From Octopus sinensis (taxonomy: Eukaryota), in assembly GCF_006345805.1 (NCBI RefSeq), contig NC_043005.1, forward strand, positions 57,722,001 to 57,786,000: a stretch of DNA of 64,000 nucleotides, read 5' to 3'. Made by a program: the position numbers and the translations under genes. Each line of letters opens with the position of its first letter. Position 1 is the first letter of the stretch. Positions 11,443-23,322 of the stretch are shown here, one piece after another. The notes under the pieces are model-generated. The model saw only the letters and a list, made by a program, of their open reading frames with translations, had not been told where the DNA came from and did no database searches.

Positions 11443-14261
11443 ATGGAAAAAGTAAACATTAAGTTCTCCCCTAAAGACATCCCCTTACATAGTATAGATG
11501 AAATAATTGGCTTCTCATTCATAGGATTAACGATTTCATTAGAAGAATCAGGTGGAAAACGTACCATTTTGATGTCAAACAGAAGAAGAAACCTCAGGAA
11601 TGAATACCGAAAAGAATTTTAGAAGAATTTTTAAAAGTAGAAAAAGCCCACCTCAGAACCATTCCTGGAGAACTTGAGAAAGACTTGCTGAATCTTATAG
11701 ATGATATTAGCTTCAATGAACACCCGTTAAGATATAACCCTCACCTTAGACACTTAGGAACTTTATTCAGTCAACCCGGTGCAAACATGGAATCCTAGTA
11801 CCAGCAGATAAAACGGGTAATATGTATAGAGTTGATTACGATATTTATAGCAAATTAATTAGGAAAGAACTAAAACTCCAAATATAAAATTACAACTAAG
11901 AACAATTTGAAAAAGTAAACATGGAAATGAAAGAGATCATGGAGAAACTAAATTTAACAGATAGAACGGAGCACTTAAACCCTGTGAGCCCAGGATCAAC
12001 CTTAAAGACCACAAAAAGGACTTCTTGGATAACCCTTCAGTAAGGCTGATCTGTCCAACTAAGTCGGAACATTGGCCGACTTAGTAAATCTATCCTGGAT
12101 ACTGTTCTACCCCAAATAACCCCTCTTCTCCCCTTAAACCCTATGGCTAAGTACCGACGAAGTTCTAAAATGGTTTAACTCTCTAACTAATACTAGTAGT
12201 CTGTCCTTTATTCAGTTCGATATTAATAGTTATTACTCTAGCATTTCCCCTATCTTACTCAACAAATCACTAATATTTGCCATGAATCGCTCCCTCATAA
12301 CTAGAGAAGAAATTAATATTGTGCTACTAGCTAGGAAGACATTTATTGAATTTGAAGATAAATTATGGACTAGAGCAGATACACCAAATTTTTTTGATAT
12401 ACCAATGGGTTCCAGTGATTCGGCTGAGGTAACCAACCTAGTAGGGCGCATATCTATTAAAATGCATAAGCAAGGATATCCCAGAAATACAGGGGGGTCT
12501 ATATAGGGATGATGCTCTGTTTGTTATCCCTAGTAATAATAAATCTGTTATAGAAAGGATTAGAAAGAAAATTAATAAGTTCTTTAAGGATTTCAACCTC
12601 AGTATAACGTATGAACCGGGCACTAAAATAGCTAATTTCCTAGATATTACCCTAGACCTTAACTCCAAGCTACATTACCCATTTAGAAGGAAGGCGAAGT
12701 CACGATTACGTAAATAAATTATCAAATCATCCCCCAAATATAATAGAATCTTTAGTAAGAAATATTTCATTAAGAATTTCAAAATTATCTTCCAATAAGG
12801 ATATATTTAACTCCCATTCTGAGCATTATAATGCGGCGTTAACTAAGGCTGGATACAACCAAAAGATTACATTCGTTGATAGGGAGAACTCACGTATTCC
12901 TAATAATGAAGTTATCAGTAATCACGTAAGCAGCAAAAAAGACCAAGCCCGAAATAAAAGTAGAATTAAATTAACGGTAAACGCTAATCTAGAGTACAGG
13001 CCCAACAATTCAAATAGAAGCATTGACCAGAACATAGGTAACTCGGATAAGATTGAAGTAGATAAACCTAAGATGCACACAAATAAAAATAAAAATAATG
13101 GTAATAAATACAATAACTCCGGTGAGATGAATAGTAGTAATTCTACGAACCCTAAATTTTATAAAAAGATATATTATGGCTGAATATTCCTTTCAACTGT
13201 GCGATACAATCGGATATACAGAACAAATTCAAAGTGATTCTGGAAAAAAATTTCCCTATCTCTCATAGATATCATAGAATTATTTCTAGGAAAACAGTTA
13301 GGATTTCTTATTCAACCCTCCCAAATATGTCCACTTTAATAGCTAAAATTAATAATAACAACATTAAACTAGCCAGGAAAGATAGAAATAAAAATAATAA
13401 TATCAGAATGAATACCAATAGCAATAACAATAAAAACAGCAATAGGAACTATCAAAACATAGGTGAAATTAGTAACCACAGAATGACTAATAACATTAAC
13501 ATTAATAGTAATAATAATAATGCCGATATTAATAGAAGTAATATTGTTAATAATAGAAATAATAGAAATAAGGCTAATGGAGAAAATAAGGAGAATGAAA
13601 TATCAGTGATATCTATAACAATAATATACAGTTGGATAAAAAGACTAACAATAATAATAACATTACGAATAATATAAGAAATCTTGGTAGGACTTTACAC
13701 CTAAATGATGAAACAGAAGGATCAATAAATAATAACAATACTTTAGATATTAGCACCAACTATAGAAATGATAATCAAAATAATAGGAACCTTAAACATC
13801 TACCCAGGAATAATCCAAGGCCTGAAGTTGTTCCTCCTGTGTGTAAGTGTAGAATAAAATCAAAATGCCCGGCACCTGGTCTATGTAGGGAAAATAATGT
13901 AATCTATAAATGTACCATATCCACGGAGAATAACAAATATTTTTACATTGGCTGTACAATTAATTTTTTAGCTAGAGTTAGAAATCACATCTCGACTTTT
14001 AAATTACGTCATAAAGCTGGTACCACCACACTTTCAAACAAATCTGGGAACTCAAAAAAATAATAAAAATTATACCCTTAATTGGGAAATAGTTAGGAGA
14101 GCAATTCCGTATAAAAATAGTAGGGTTGGTTGTCAACTATGCTCCATGGAGACGTACGAAATTCTAAAGCATAGTAAACATAGAAACTTATTGAATAACC
14201 ATATCGAACTAGGTCAAGTTTGTGTCCACGCTAATTGAAGACTTTAAAATATTTTAAATGA
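11443..14261 (+). pseudogene. PLE ORF copy 2 (~940 aa reconstructed): RT plus GIY-YIG endonuclease, Hydra-clade-like motifs
   Basis: Hand-joined frames give MEKVNIKFSPKDIP...ILVPADKTGNMY...FIQFDINSYYSSI...MGSSDSAEV...GLYRDDAL...NFLDITLDL...SNHPP...WLNIPFN...YSTLPNM...CKCRIKSKCPAPGLC...VIYKC...FYIGCT...RVRNHISTF...W...CQLCSMETYEI...LLNNHIELGQVCVH. The clade assignment is from motif memory only. Confidence 0.9.
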
Positions 14262-15695
14262 TTGGAATATTCATAACTAGATAGATAGATATAACTTGAT
14301 TTCTACTAGTATAGCACTGCTTTAAGTAGATAACTAAGAGTTCTCACATTACAGTTATCTTTATCTTTTTCCTTATATCTGCATCAGTTTTTTGAGAACA
14401 GGGAAATGAATAGTACTTATTCGCTACTTAATTGAGGCTTTATTTAATTTCAAACTCACAATTTTTAAATTCTTAATTTTAAATCTTAATTGTAATATTT
14501 AATTTATTCCTAACTTAATCTAATTTAAATAGCATAACTCTAATAAATTATAATTAGTTACTGTAGCCCCATAATTCTATTTCATAATTAAATAAATAAG
14601 GCTATCCCTCGGTGATAATATTATCTTCATTATGATAGACAATCCCCTAACACCTTGTAAATGATCTTATAAGATTTGACCTGTAGTCAGTCAATGTATG
14701 AATAATAACGACAACTCCTTAAGACAATAAAATGAATAAATTAAATAAGTAATTTTTAATGACTTTTGATAAGATTATACTTAGATTTTCCTAATGTATT
14801 TTCTGGTGATTTTAGCATCTGACCCCTTAACCCCTGACTGTGTTATCTCTTTAGATTCTCTTTAAACTCATAGCTGATTTCAACAGCAATAAATTAACGG
14901 TTTACTGGTCAAAGAATAATATTCTCCTCTAGTTCCTAGATGCCTGTTGATTAAAACCAGACTTACAGTCTACTAACTCTTCTGTATAGCTAGAACCCTC
15001 TTTTTTTCTTTTTCTTTTTTCCCTTCTTTCCCTATTTCTTTTCTTTTCTCTTTTTCTTTTTCTTCTTCTTATTCTCTGTTTCCTTTTCTCTTCTCTTTTA
15101 GTCCCCCTCTCCCCCCCCCCCTTTTTGCTCCCTCCTCCATTATTTTCTCTCTTTTCTTCTATCCCTTCTCTATTCTTGGCCGATCTAGTAAGCCCTTCAG
15201 CCTTTAAGAGTTAAATAGCTACAGCCTCTTGTGAATAGCAGTAATGTGACTAATGTGGCAAACACCTAATCATATAACAAGGATTGATACCTACCTCATT
15301 GTGTTCAACCATTGTAAAATTTATCGCCTGTAAATTGAAATTCATCTCCATTTCTCTGGAAATTTACATCTACACCATTGGAATCTGTGCATATATACAA
15401 AGGATTAATTCACCCTCTCTGTAATGCTAATAAGCAGGATTGAGACCCACCTCGTTGTAATTAACAATGGATAAATTTGTCTTCTGTGAGTATATAATCC
15501 CTCATCATATCTATGGAAATTCATATGGATTAGGTCACCTTCTCTGTGATGCTATCAAAACTTTTTTAAAATTCTGTGATAAGACTGTACATCATCTTTA
15601 AAGAACTTTAATGAACTTTAGAAATCTGTTTAATTATCTACATTACTTCATGAGTATAGCCTCAAACACTAGGATGTCTAGAGAACTTACATGTA

Positions 15696-15786
15696 TTTTA
15701 GCTGATGAGTACGGGACTCGTTTATATGCTGTAATCTTTGCAACTTTTAATAAAACCTGTCCTTGTATGAAACGATCGTACTAAAA
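15696..15786 (+). ncRNA. Type I hammerhead ribozyme, copy 4
   Basis: Same sequence as copy 3, 4546 bp downstream, predicted cleavage after 15780. Confidence 0.8.
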
Positions 15787-16353
15787 ACCTATCCATTCTT
15801 GTTGCTTCTTTCTCGCTTATATATATATATATATATATTTAGATATATATAGAACATATGTATACCGATAGACGTGTATATATTTTACATTTTATTATGA
15901 GTACATTCTTACTCATAGTGTACCACACAATTAAAATTGAAAACTAAAATTAAAAACTATAATAGGGTTAATGTTCAGTTTAAACATCTGAAGTACAATT
16001 GAAGTTTGAGAGGAGGGAAGCAGAAAGGAGATTTTTCTTAGTTTGAGGGATAACATGAATGACACGTTTAACGAAAAGTTGGCTTATATAGTCTCATATG
16101 GCCTGTTTCTGAGAAAAGATTATCCTTGCCGGAGAAACACTAACACTAAATACGAGTAGCCACTTTGTCCTACCTCTCTTAATATTCAACGTGGTTTCGC
16201 CAGTCAACAAGGGATCCACTCCTTGATCTGTCAACTTGCTATAATGCAATAGCAGCTGAGTCTCACCCAGACCACACCCTATTGATTTAAATAAAGGGAT
16301 ATTATATAAGCTACACCAAAATACACCCTACTTGCAAATAATAAAAAAAAGAC

Positions 16354-16735
16354 AGGCGTGTCTGTGTGGTAAGAAGTTTACTTCCCAACCATATGGTTCG
16401 GGTTCAGTCTTACGGGATGGTACCTTGGAGAAGTATCTTCTACTATGGACCCGGGCCAACCAAAGTCTTGCGTGGATTTCGTAAACGGAAACTGAAACAA
16501 TTCCGTTGGTGCTGGACGTCTGCCACTGAATAAACTAGATGAAGAGACCAAGGAGGTGGAAATAACGTGATTTGACTGTTCTGGCGCCCGTAGCAGACGA
16601 TTTTCGTCTGCCAAAGGTATAAATATGAATGCTTTTATACTCCATACGTCCATATGAGAGGTCCTCTCAAGGTAAATAACGCAGTATTCGGTGTTCTAAA
16701 CCTTAAGTTGTATATAAAGTTTGACTTTTGATATA

Positions 16736-16774
<39 letters not shown>

Positions 16775-16852
16775 GCATACATACATACATACATACATAC
16801 ATACATACATACATACGCACGCACGCAGCACACACACACACATATATATACA

Positions 16853-16911
<59 letters not shown>

Positions 16912-16982
16912 GTATATATGTATATGTATATATATGTATGTGTGCATGTGTATATATATTTATGTAGATGTATGCATGTATG

Positions 16983-17013
<31 letters not shown>

Positions 17014-17230
17014 GTATGAGTGTGTGTTCGTGTCTGCATTTGTTCCCAGTTACCGCTCGACAACCGGTGTTGGTTTATTTACACCCCGTAATCTACCAGT
17101 TCGGCAAAAGGGAGTCCAATAAAGTCAATACCAGGCTTTAAAAATCAAAAGGGGTCGATTGTTTTCGACTAAACCCTTTCAATTGCCGTGCCCCAGCATG
17201 GTCGCAGACCAATGACTGAAAAGGAAGATT
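16354..17230 (+). mobile_element. Degenerate SINE family B pieces separated by other sequence and (TA)/(CATA)/(TATG) microsatellites
   Basis: Head ggcgtgtctgtgtggtaagaag...ggaaactgaaa at ~16354-16500. The 3' half gacaaccggtgttgg...gccgtgccccagcatgg lies at ~17030-17230. Confidence 0.7.
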
Positions 17231-18137
17231 AAAAGATCATAAGAAAGAACGAAAGAAAGAAAGAAAGAAAAGAAAAAGAAAGAAAGGAAGAAAGGAAAGA
17301 AGAAGAAGAAGGAGAGAAAGAGGGATGATTAAGAATCATAGCTGGAATGCCTTTGATCAAAGGTCCTCTGAATTAAGAGTCGAAATGACGCAAAACAGTA
17401 AACCCAACAAGGAATAATAAATATATTGAAGAATATTCAGTCAACTTAACACCCTCCCTCCCTCTCATACGAAATGAATAGGGGGGGGCCGGGCCTTATC
17501 TTGTTACCAAAGGAAATCATTTATTTCAACCCAATTTGTCACTGCTGTTGGTGGGGGGGGGGCATCGTCGTCGTTACCACCACCACCACCGCCGCCGTCG
17601 TCGTCGTAGTTGCTGTTATTGCTCAATTTGTTCTGACAATTCTGAATATATATTTGGTGTTATAGTGTTTTATTTATGTACTTTTGTTTTTGTTTTTGTT
17701 GGCTACTTTCGAGATTTCCTTTTTTTTTTTTTCATGTTTTTGTCGTTGTTTTTTTTTTTTTAGTATCATTTATATATATATATATTTCTGCTATTGTTTA
17801 ACCGAGTAACAAATATGTCAAGTACATTCATATGATTATATAGCGTTGTTTTGTTTTGTTCATGCTGTTTGTTGTTGTTGTTGTTGTTGTGTTGTTGTTG
17901 TTGTTGTTGCATAATTCCATAAAAATTCCACACCCTAAAACATCCTGATTAGAACAGCGGCATTTTGGGGAGGGGGAACTAGAATTAAATACATTTACCA
18001 ATGGAATAACTAAACATCCTCCTCTTTCTCTTTCCCTCCCTTTCCCTCTCTCTCAGTCTCTCTCTCCCTCTTACTCACACACACACACACACGCACCAAC
18101 ACGTATTTGTTCTCACATACTTATACACACATGATAT

Positions 18138-18210
<73 letters not shown>

Positions 18211-18636
18211 CCTAAATATATATGCTTATACATTATTCTAAGCATATAGACAGAATACCCATTCTCCTCTCTTACCCTCTTCTCTCTCTATCTTAACCTG
18301 CCTCTCTCTCTCCCTCTCTCTCCCCTCCACTTCTCGTCTTCTCTTTCTCTCTCTCTCTCCCTGACAATTCCTGCCAATGTCCCAATTCCAGCAAATAAAG
18401 GAAATGTTAAAAGTTATAAAATCTTTCAACAGCAACAGACGACCACATTCCATTAGTGGGAGGTGGTTTCACGGTAGAGGTGGTTGGCATGGTGGGCATG
18501 GTGGGCATGGTGGACATGGTGGCATTAGCGATGGTGGTCTATTTCCGAATTTCCAGTCACCAGGTTGTTAGCAGACGATGGATAGTAGGAAGAGGAAGAA
18601 GGGAGAAGAGGAAGAGGAGGGGGATGATGACGATGA

Positions 18637-18785
18637 ATAATAATAATAATAATAATAATAATTATAATAATAATAATAATAGTAAGAAGAAGAAGAAGAA
18701 GAAGGAAGAAGAAGAAGGAGGAGGAGGAGGAGGAGGAGGAGGAGGAGGAGAAGAAGAAGAAGAAGAAGAAGAAGAAGAAGAAGAT
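18637..18785. repeat. Compound trinucleotide microsatellite (AAT)n(AAG)n(GGA)n(AAG)n
   Basis: Direct reading. Confidence 0.95.
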
Positions 18786-18889
18786 CTAAACAAAAAATTA
18801 TTAGCGATATTAATTAATTCTAAGATAGGACTGTGAGAAAAAGATAAAGTTGATTTAATATGAACCTACCATTTGATTAGTACCTAGTT

Positions 18890-20530
18890 ATTGTATTGCT
18901 TACAAATTTTGGCTCAAGGCCGGGATTTGAACCCAGAAAAAAGACTGATGACATACCACTAAGAATTTTGCCCGACGTGCTAACGATTCTGCCGGGTCGC
19001 CGCCTTGATGTCGACCCCCAGCAGCATTTGAACTCAGAAAGTAAAATCGGAAGAAATACTGCCAAGCATCTTTCCCGCCACAGTAACGATTCAGCCAGCT
19101 CTCCGCTCTACACTCTGATAATAGCAACTGTTTATCCGCACAAGGCCTGACATTTTAGGCGGGATGGGGTCTAGAGTACCGTCGAGTTAACCGATACCTC
19201 AGTATATGAATGATACTTTCTTTTCTTATTTTATAGAATCCGAAATGATTGAAAGGCAAAGTTGACTATAAAGGGATTTGCCCTCAAAATGTAAAGAACT
19301 AAATACCACAAGATGTTTCGTTCAACACTCTAATATTTCTTTCTAAAATTCTTAAATATGAGGGGGAGGGATAGTCGATATTATCAATTTTATACTTTTA
19401 TTTCATCGATCCCGTAAAATAGAAAGACGAAGTTGGCCTCGGTAAGATTTGAACTGAGAACGTAACGTGCCGGAACAAGAACAATAAATAATGGTTTCAA
19501 ATTTTGCCACAAGGGCAGCAATTTTTGGGACGAGGATGAATCGATTACATCGGCCCTAGTGTTCAACTGGTACTGAGGTATTACAACCATGTCTCGTGGT
19601 CTGCTACCACAACAGCTCCTTTATAGGATCCAGTTAGCTCAAGACATCATCAGGAGGAACCACGTCCGATTTCAGCCCCTACTCCCCTACCGTTTTGACG
19701 TGGCGGGGCCCCCACTTTCGGAGGTGTCTTCAGCTCTGGTGTTGGGTGCATGTCTTCTTTCTTCTGTTCCCTGGCCTCTTCGATGTATTGTCAGCGAGTG
19801 TCAGCAGATGACTGACTGTCTTGTCAAAATTTTCCCTTTAAATACTTGCCGCATAGGCTCCAGCAGGCAGCCCCAGCAAGTTGTCACGTGACACTGTCTC
19901 ACCTTAACTGACTAGTGAAGGCGATCTCCAAAGGATAAAAGGCAAAGCCGACCTCGGCGGAATTTGAACTCAGAACGTAAGCGCGACGAAAGCATGTCAC
20001 CCGGTATGCTAACAATTCTGCCAGCTCGCCACCTTACGGTAAGATTCTAGTAACTGTTTTAACATCCGCACAAGGCCTGAAACTTTAGGCGGGATGGAGT
20101 CCAGAATACAGTCGAGTTAATCGGTATCTCAGTACTTGAATGATACTTTATTTTATCGATCCCGAAATGATTAAAAGGCGCAGTTGACTTTAGCTGGATT
20201 TGTCATCAAAATGTAAAAAGAAATACGGGAAACCATTTTTGTTTTCCGACACTCTAACGATTCAGCTAATCCATCGCCTTTAATATAGACAAAATACCAG
20301 CAATTTTTGAGAGGAGGAGATTAGTGGATAACATTAACCCAGTACTTGACTAGTACTGTGTTTTATCGACCCTGAGAAGATGAAAGGTAAAGTTGACGGT
20401 GAAATATGAACTAAGAACGTAAAAATGGTCGAAAATACTACAAAGCATATTGTCCAACGCTCTAACAATTCTGCCAGCTCAACGCTTTAATAACAATCAT
20501 GATAAAAATGGTTTCAAATTTTGGAGCAAG
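18890..20530 (-). mobile_element. Cluster of at least 4 degenerate SINE family A copies
   Basis: Repeated tcgaccccg..aaaggcaaagt.gac.tcggcggaatttgaactcagaacg and ctaac.attctgccagctc motifs. Confidence 0.75.
19590..19893. mobile_element. Candidate solo LTR (TG...CA, short terminal inverted repeat)
   Basis: Starts TGTCTCGTG, ends CACGTGACA, GC-richer than its flanks, TATTTAAAGGG on the minus strand. No TSD visible. Confidence 0.35.
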
Positions 20531-21003
20531 GTCAGGAATTTTAGAGGGCGGTGATCTGGGTATCGGTCTGTTACATCTAGCTCTTGTACTTGATTGGTTC
20601 ATTATTTTATCGACCATCACTGTACAGATGAAAAGCACAGATGACCGTTCTTGTCCAAGGAAATAGAAACCTCTTCTTTTGTTAATAATACAATATTTGT
20701 AATTCTAAGAGAACACCTGTGGCTTCAATGCAAGACTAGCGATTGGAAAGTGAGATCATTTGACTTAAACAAAACTTAAACTTACATCAAAATTTCCTGA
20801 TTTCGTGTGCAAAGCGAAGCTTGAAAGATTTCTTCACTTTCCTGTTCATTTTAAAGCTCAGGAATACATTTATATAGTTTTTAATGTAAACTTTCGCCTA
20901 TTCACTTGTCCACCGTTGAGATCGAATTTTTCATTTAAGATATACCTAAAGATTATTTGAAACGTCTGTCAGTGGATTCGCCTCTGCACACATTCGTGTA
21001 GAC

Positions 21004-21335
21004 CAGGGGTTCTCAACAACGTTTTTATCTATGGATCCCTGTGATTATTTATTTATTCTGGTTGACTTCCATAGCAATTCACTATTTAAAACAAATTTTA
21101 CAGAAACTTCTTTCATAATTTCTATTTTGTTATGCACTCATCCACTTGTGTAGGTTGAACTATGTAAAATGTTAGAGAAAGCAACTTAGCTGTTTCTTGC
21201 AATACATACTAATAAATGCATCTAAAGCAAAACTTTTTCAGAGGCCCTTAAAATACTATTTTGTTACGTGGACCCACAAAAATCTTATATGGATCCTTAG
21301 GGGTCATATATGGACTCCAGTTGAGACCCACAGGT
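21004..21335. mobile_element. Degenerate hAT-type MITE
   Basis: Left end CAGGGGTTCTCAAC, degenerate right end GTTGAGACCCACAG. The TSD is not preserved. Confidence 0.5.
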
Positions 21336-21407
21336 GAAGTTACAAAAGTTGCTATCCTGCATTTATAACAGATCACACAACGAAGTAGCATTCTCAGAAA
21401 ATTCTCA

Positions 21408-21574
21408 TAGGCGCAGGAGTGGCTGTGTGGTAAGTAGCTTGCTAACCAACCACATGGTTCCGGGTTCAGTCCCACTGCGTGGCATCTTGGGCAAGTGTCT
21501 TCTGCTATAGCCCCGGGCCAACCAATGCCTTGTGAGTGGATTTGGTAGACGGAAACTGAAAGAAGCCTGTCGTA

Positions 21575-21621
<47 letters not shown>

Positions 21622-21835
21622 TTGTGTGTCTATGTTTGTCCCCCTAGCATTGCTTGACAACCGATGCTGGTGTGTTTACGTCCCCGTCTCTTAGCGGTTC
21701 GGCAAAAGAGACCGATAGAATAAGTACTGGGCTTACAAAGAATAAGTCCCGGGGTCGATTTGTTCGACTAAAGGCGGTGCTCCAGCATGGCCGCAGTCAA
21801 AATGACTGAAACAAGTAAAAGAGAGTAAAAGAGTA
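21408..21835 (+). mobile_element. SINE family B, near full length (internal TA/TG microsatellite)
   Basis: tRNA-like head GGCGCAGGAGTGGCTGTGTGG...GGGTTCAGTCCC, then CTTGGGCAAGTG core and (AAGAGTA)-type tail. Nearly identical to 49769-50197. Confidence 0.88.
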
Positions 21836-23036
21836 AGTATATCGTTGCCATACTCATTGCTCAGAAAAACCGGAAGCTACTACAATCATGTGATAAGCTT
21901 TTCGCTCCATTGTCTGGATAATAAAAGCTTACAATTATTCGGTAAGTTTTCGTCGTTGATATTACAAACGATACTGTAATGTTTCGATGCTATATTTTCC
22001 TATTAAATATACTTTTTTTTTGTGTTGATGTCACTTTGAACTGCCAAATCGTATTTTGAAATCATTTCACTTTGAAGCAACCTCAAATTGCCTCGGTAAC
22101 TAAAAAAAACAAAAACAAAAACAAAAACAAAAAAAACGATATAACACAAAAAAAAAACATCAAAAAAAATTTAATAGCTTACATTTTTTCATGTGTATTT
22201 TATTTGTCTTTTCACTTCAGTATAGGTTTTTGGGTGCTTTGAAAAAATTTGTACATTTTAAATATGTTCGTTGAAACCGACATTAAGTCGGGAAAATCGA
22301 CAAAAGTTGGAGCTTATTTTTTTCTACAAATTTCTTGAAAAAGAAAAAAAAAAAAAACTTCGAAAAGGTCGCAACTTGATACGAGGTAAGCCGAGGTATG
22401 GTTGCAGTTACGCAAGGACTAACGAAATTGGCTATTATAAAAAGACTAACAGTGGGTGTGTTGCATCGAGGGAGACAAAATGCGAATACATTTTAAATGC
22501 AGCATTATATAAAACTAGACGTAAAACGATAAATGAATTAACTACTAAATTTTTTTCCATGCAAATTGATATCAAATACTACAGCACCAATTCCAGACGT
22601 AAGCGACCAGTAGTCCCAGCAGTGAGTCGCTCGTTCTTTTTCTCTCATAAATTGGTGCTTGTAATATCATTTTACACTTACATATCATTTTGTACAGACG
22701 TAAAATTAGTTTGGCAAGTGACTTAAACTGGTTATTGTGTATAGATAAGCTAAAACGTTTACACCGTGGCACCGTCATGGTAACCATTTAAAATACACGA
22801 ATACCATTATAATCGCGTTTTATTTTGTAATGATATTATATACAATTACTTCTAACATTGGTAAAAGGAGTGCTGTCTTAAGGTATAAGCAAACAGGTAT
22901 GGAGCCTCATGAATCAGGTGGCCTAATTTTGATCCATGCATGCTGTCAATAAATAAATACTAAGGGACCCAGTGCATTGATCTGACCTGATTTTGATTTA
23001 TGTATAATATCCCTAGCTATCAAATATCAAAGGGTA

Positions 23037-23063
23037 CTAGCAGAGATACCCGGCGTTGCCCGG
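23037..23063 (-). mobile_element. Helitron 3' terminus
   Basis: Minus strand reads CCGGGCAACGCCGGG (imperfect GC-rich hairpin), then tatctctg, then CTAG followed by T. Confidence 0.6.
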
Positions 23064-23322
23064 TTACATTCAATTGAAGAATTAGACTTTTCTGTTATAT
23101 TTTCAGAATGAACTGGAATATCTGTTTATGTTGATAAGCCTAGTACTTATTCTATTAGTTTGTTCTTGTGAAACCAGTAAGTTTTGTGGATGTAAATAAA
23201 TGAACAGCAGTTGTGAAGCAGTGATGAGGGCGAAACACAGACACAAAGACACACACATACACTTACATATATACATATATATACGATTGATTTGTTTCAG
23301 TTCCTGTCTACGAAATCCATAT

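Larger units (their letters stand above)
10654..15821 (+). mobile_element. Penelope-like element family 1, plus arm (~1.13 units: pLTR-ORF-tail-partial pLTR)
   Basis: 10654-~11275 is repeated at ~15205-15821. It ends ...TCTCGCTTATA into (TA)n. Confidence 0.93.

Noticed and set aside
4367-15821. Interpretation as a DNA transposon/Polinton with giant TIRs, or as an LTR retrotransposon
   Set aside because: The arms contain the RT-EN ORF itself. There is no integrase, transposase, gag, PBS or TG..CA termini.
22271-22726. 151-aa ORF
   Set aside because: TTG start, poly-A-derived Lys run and no motif. It is likely a chance ORF.
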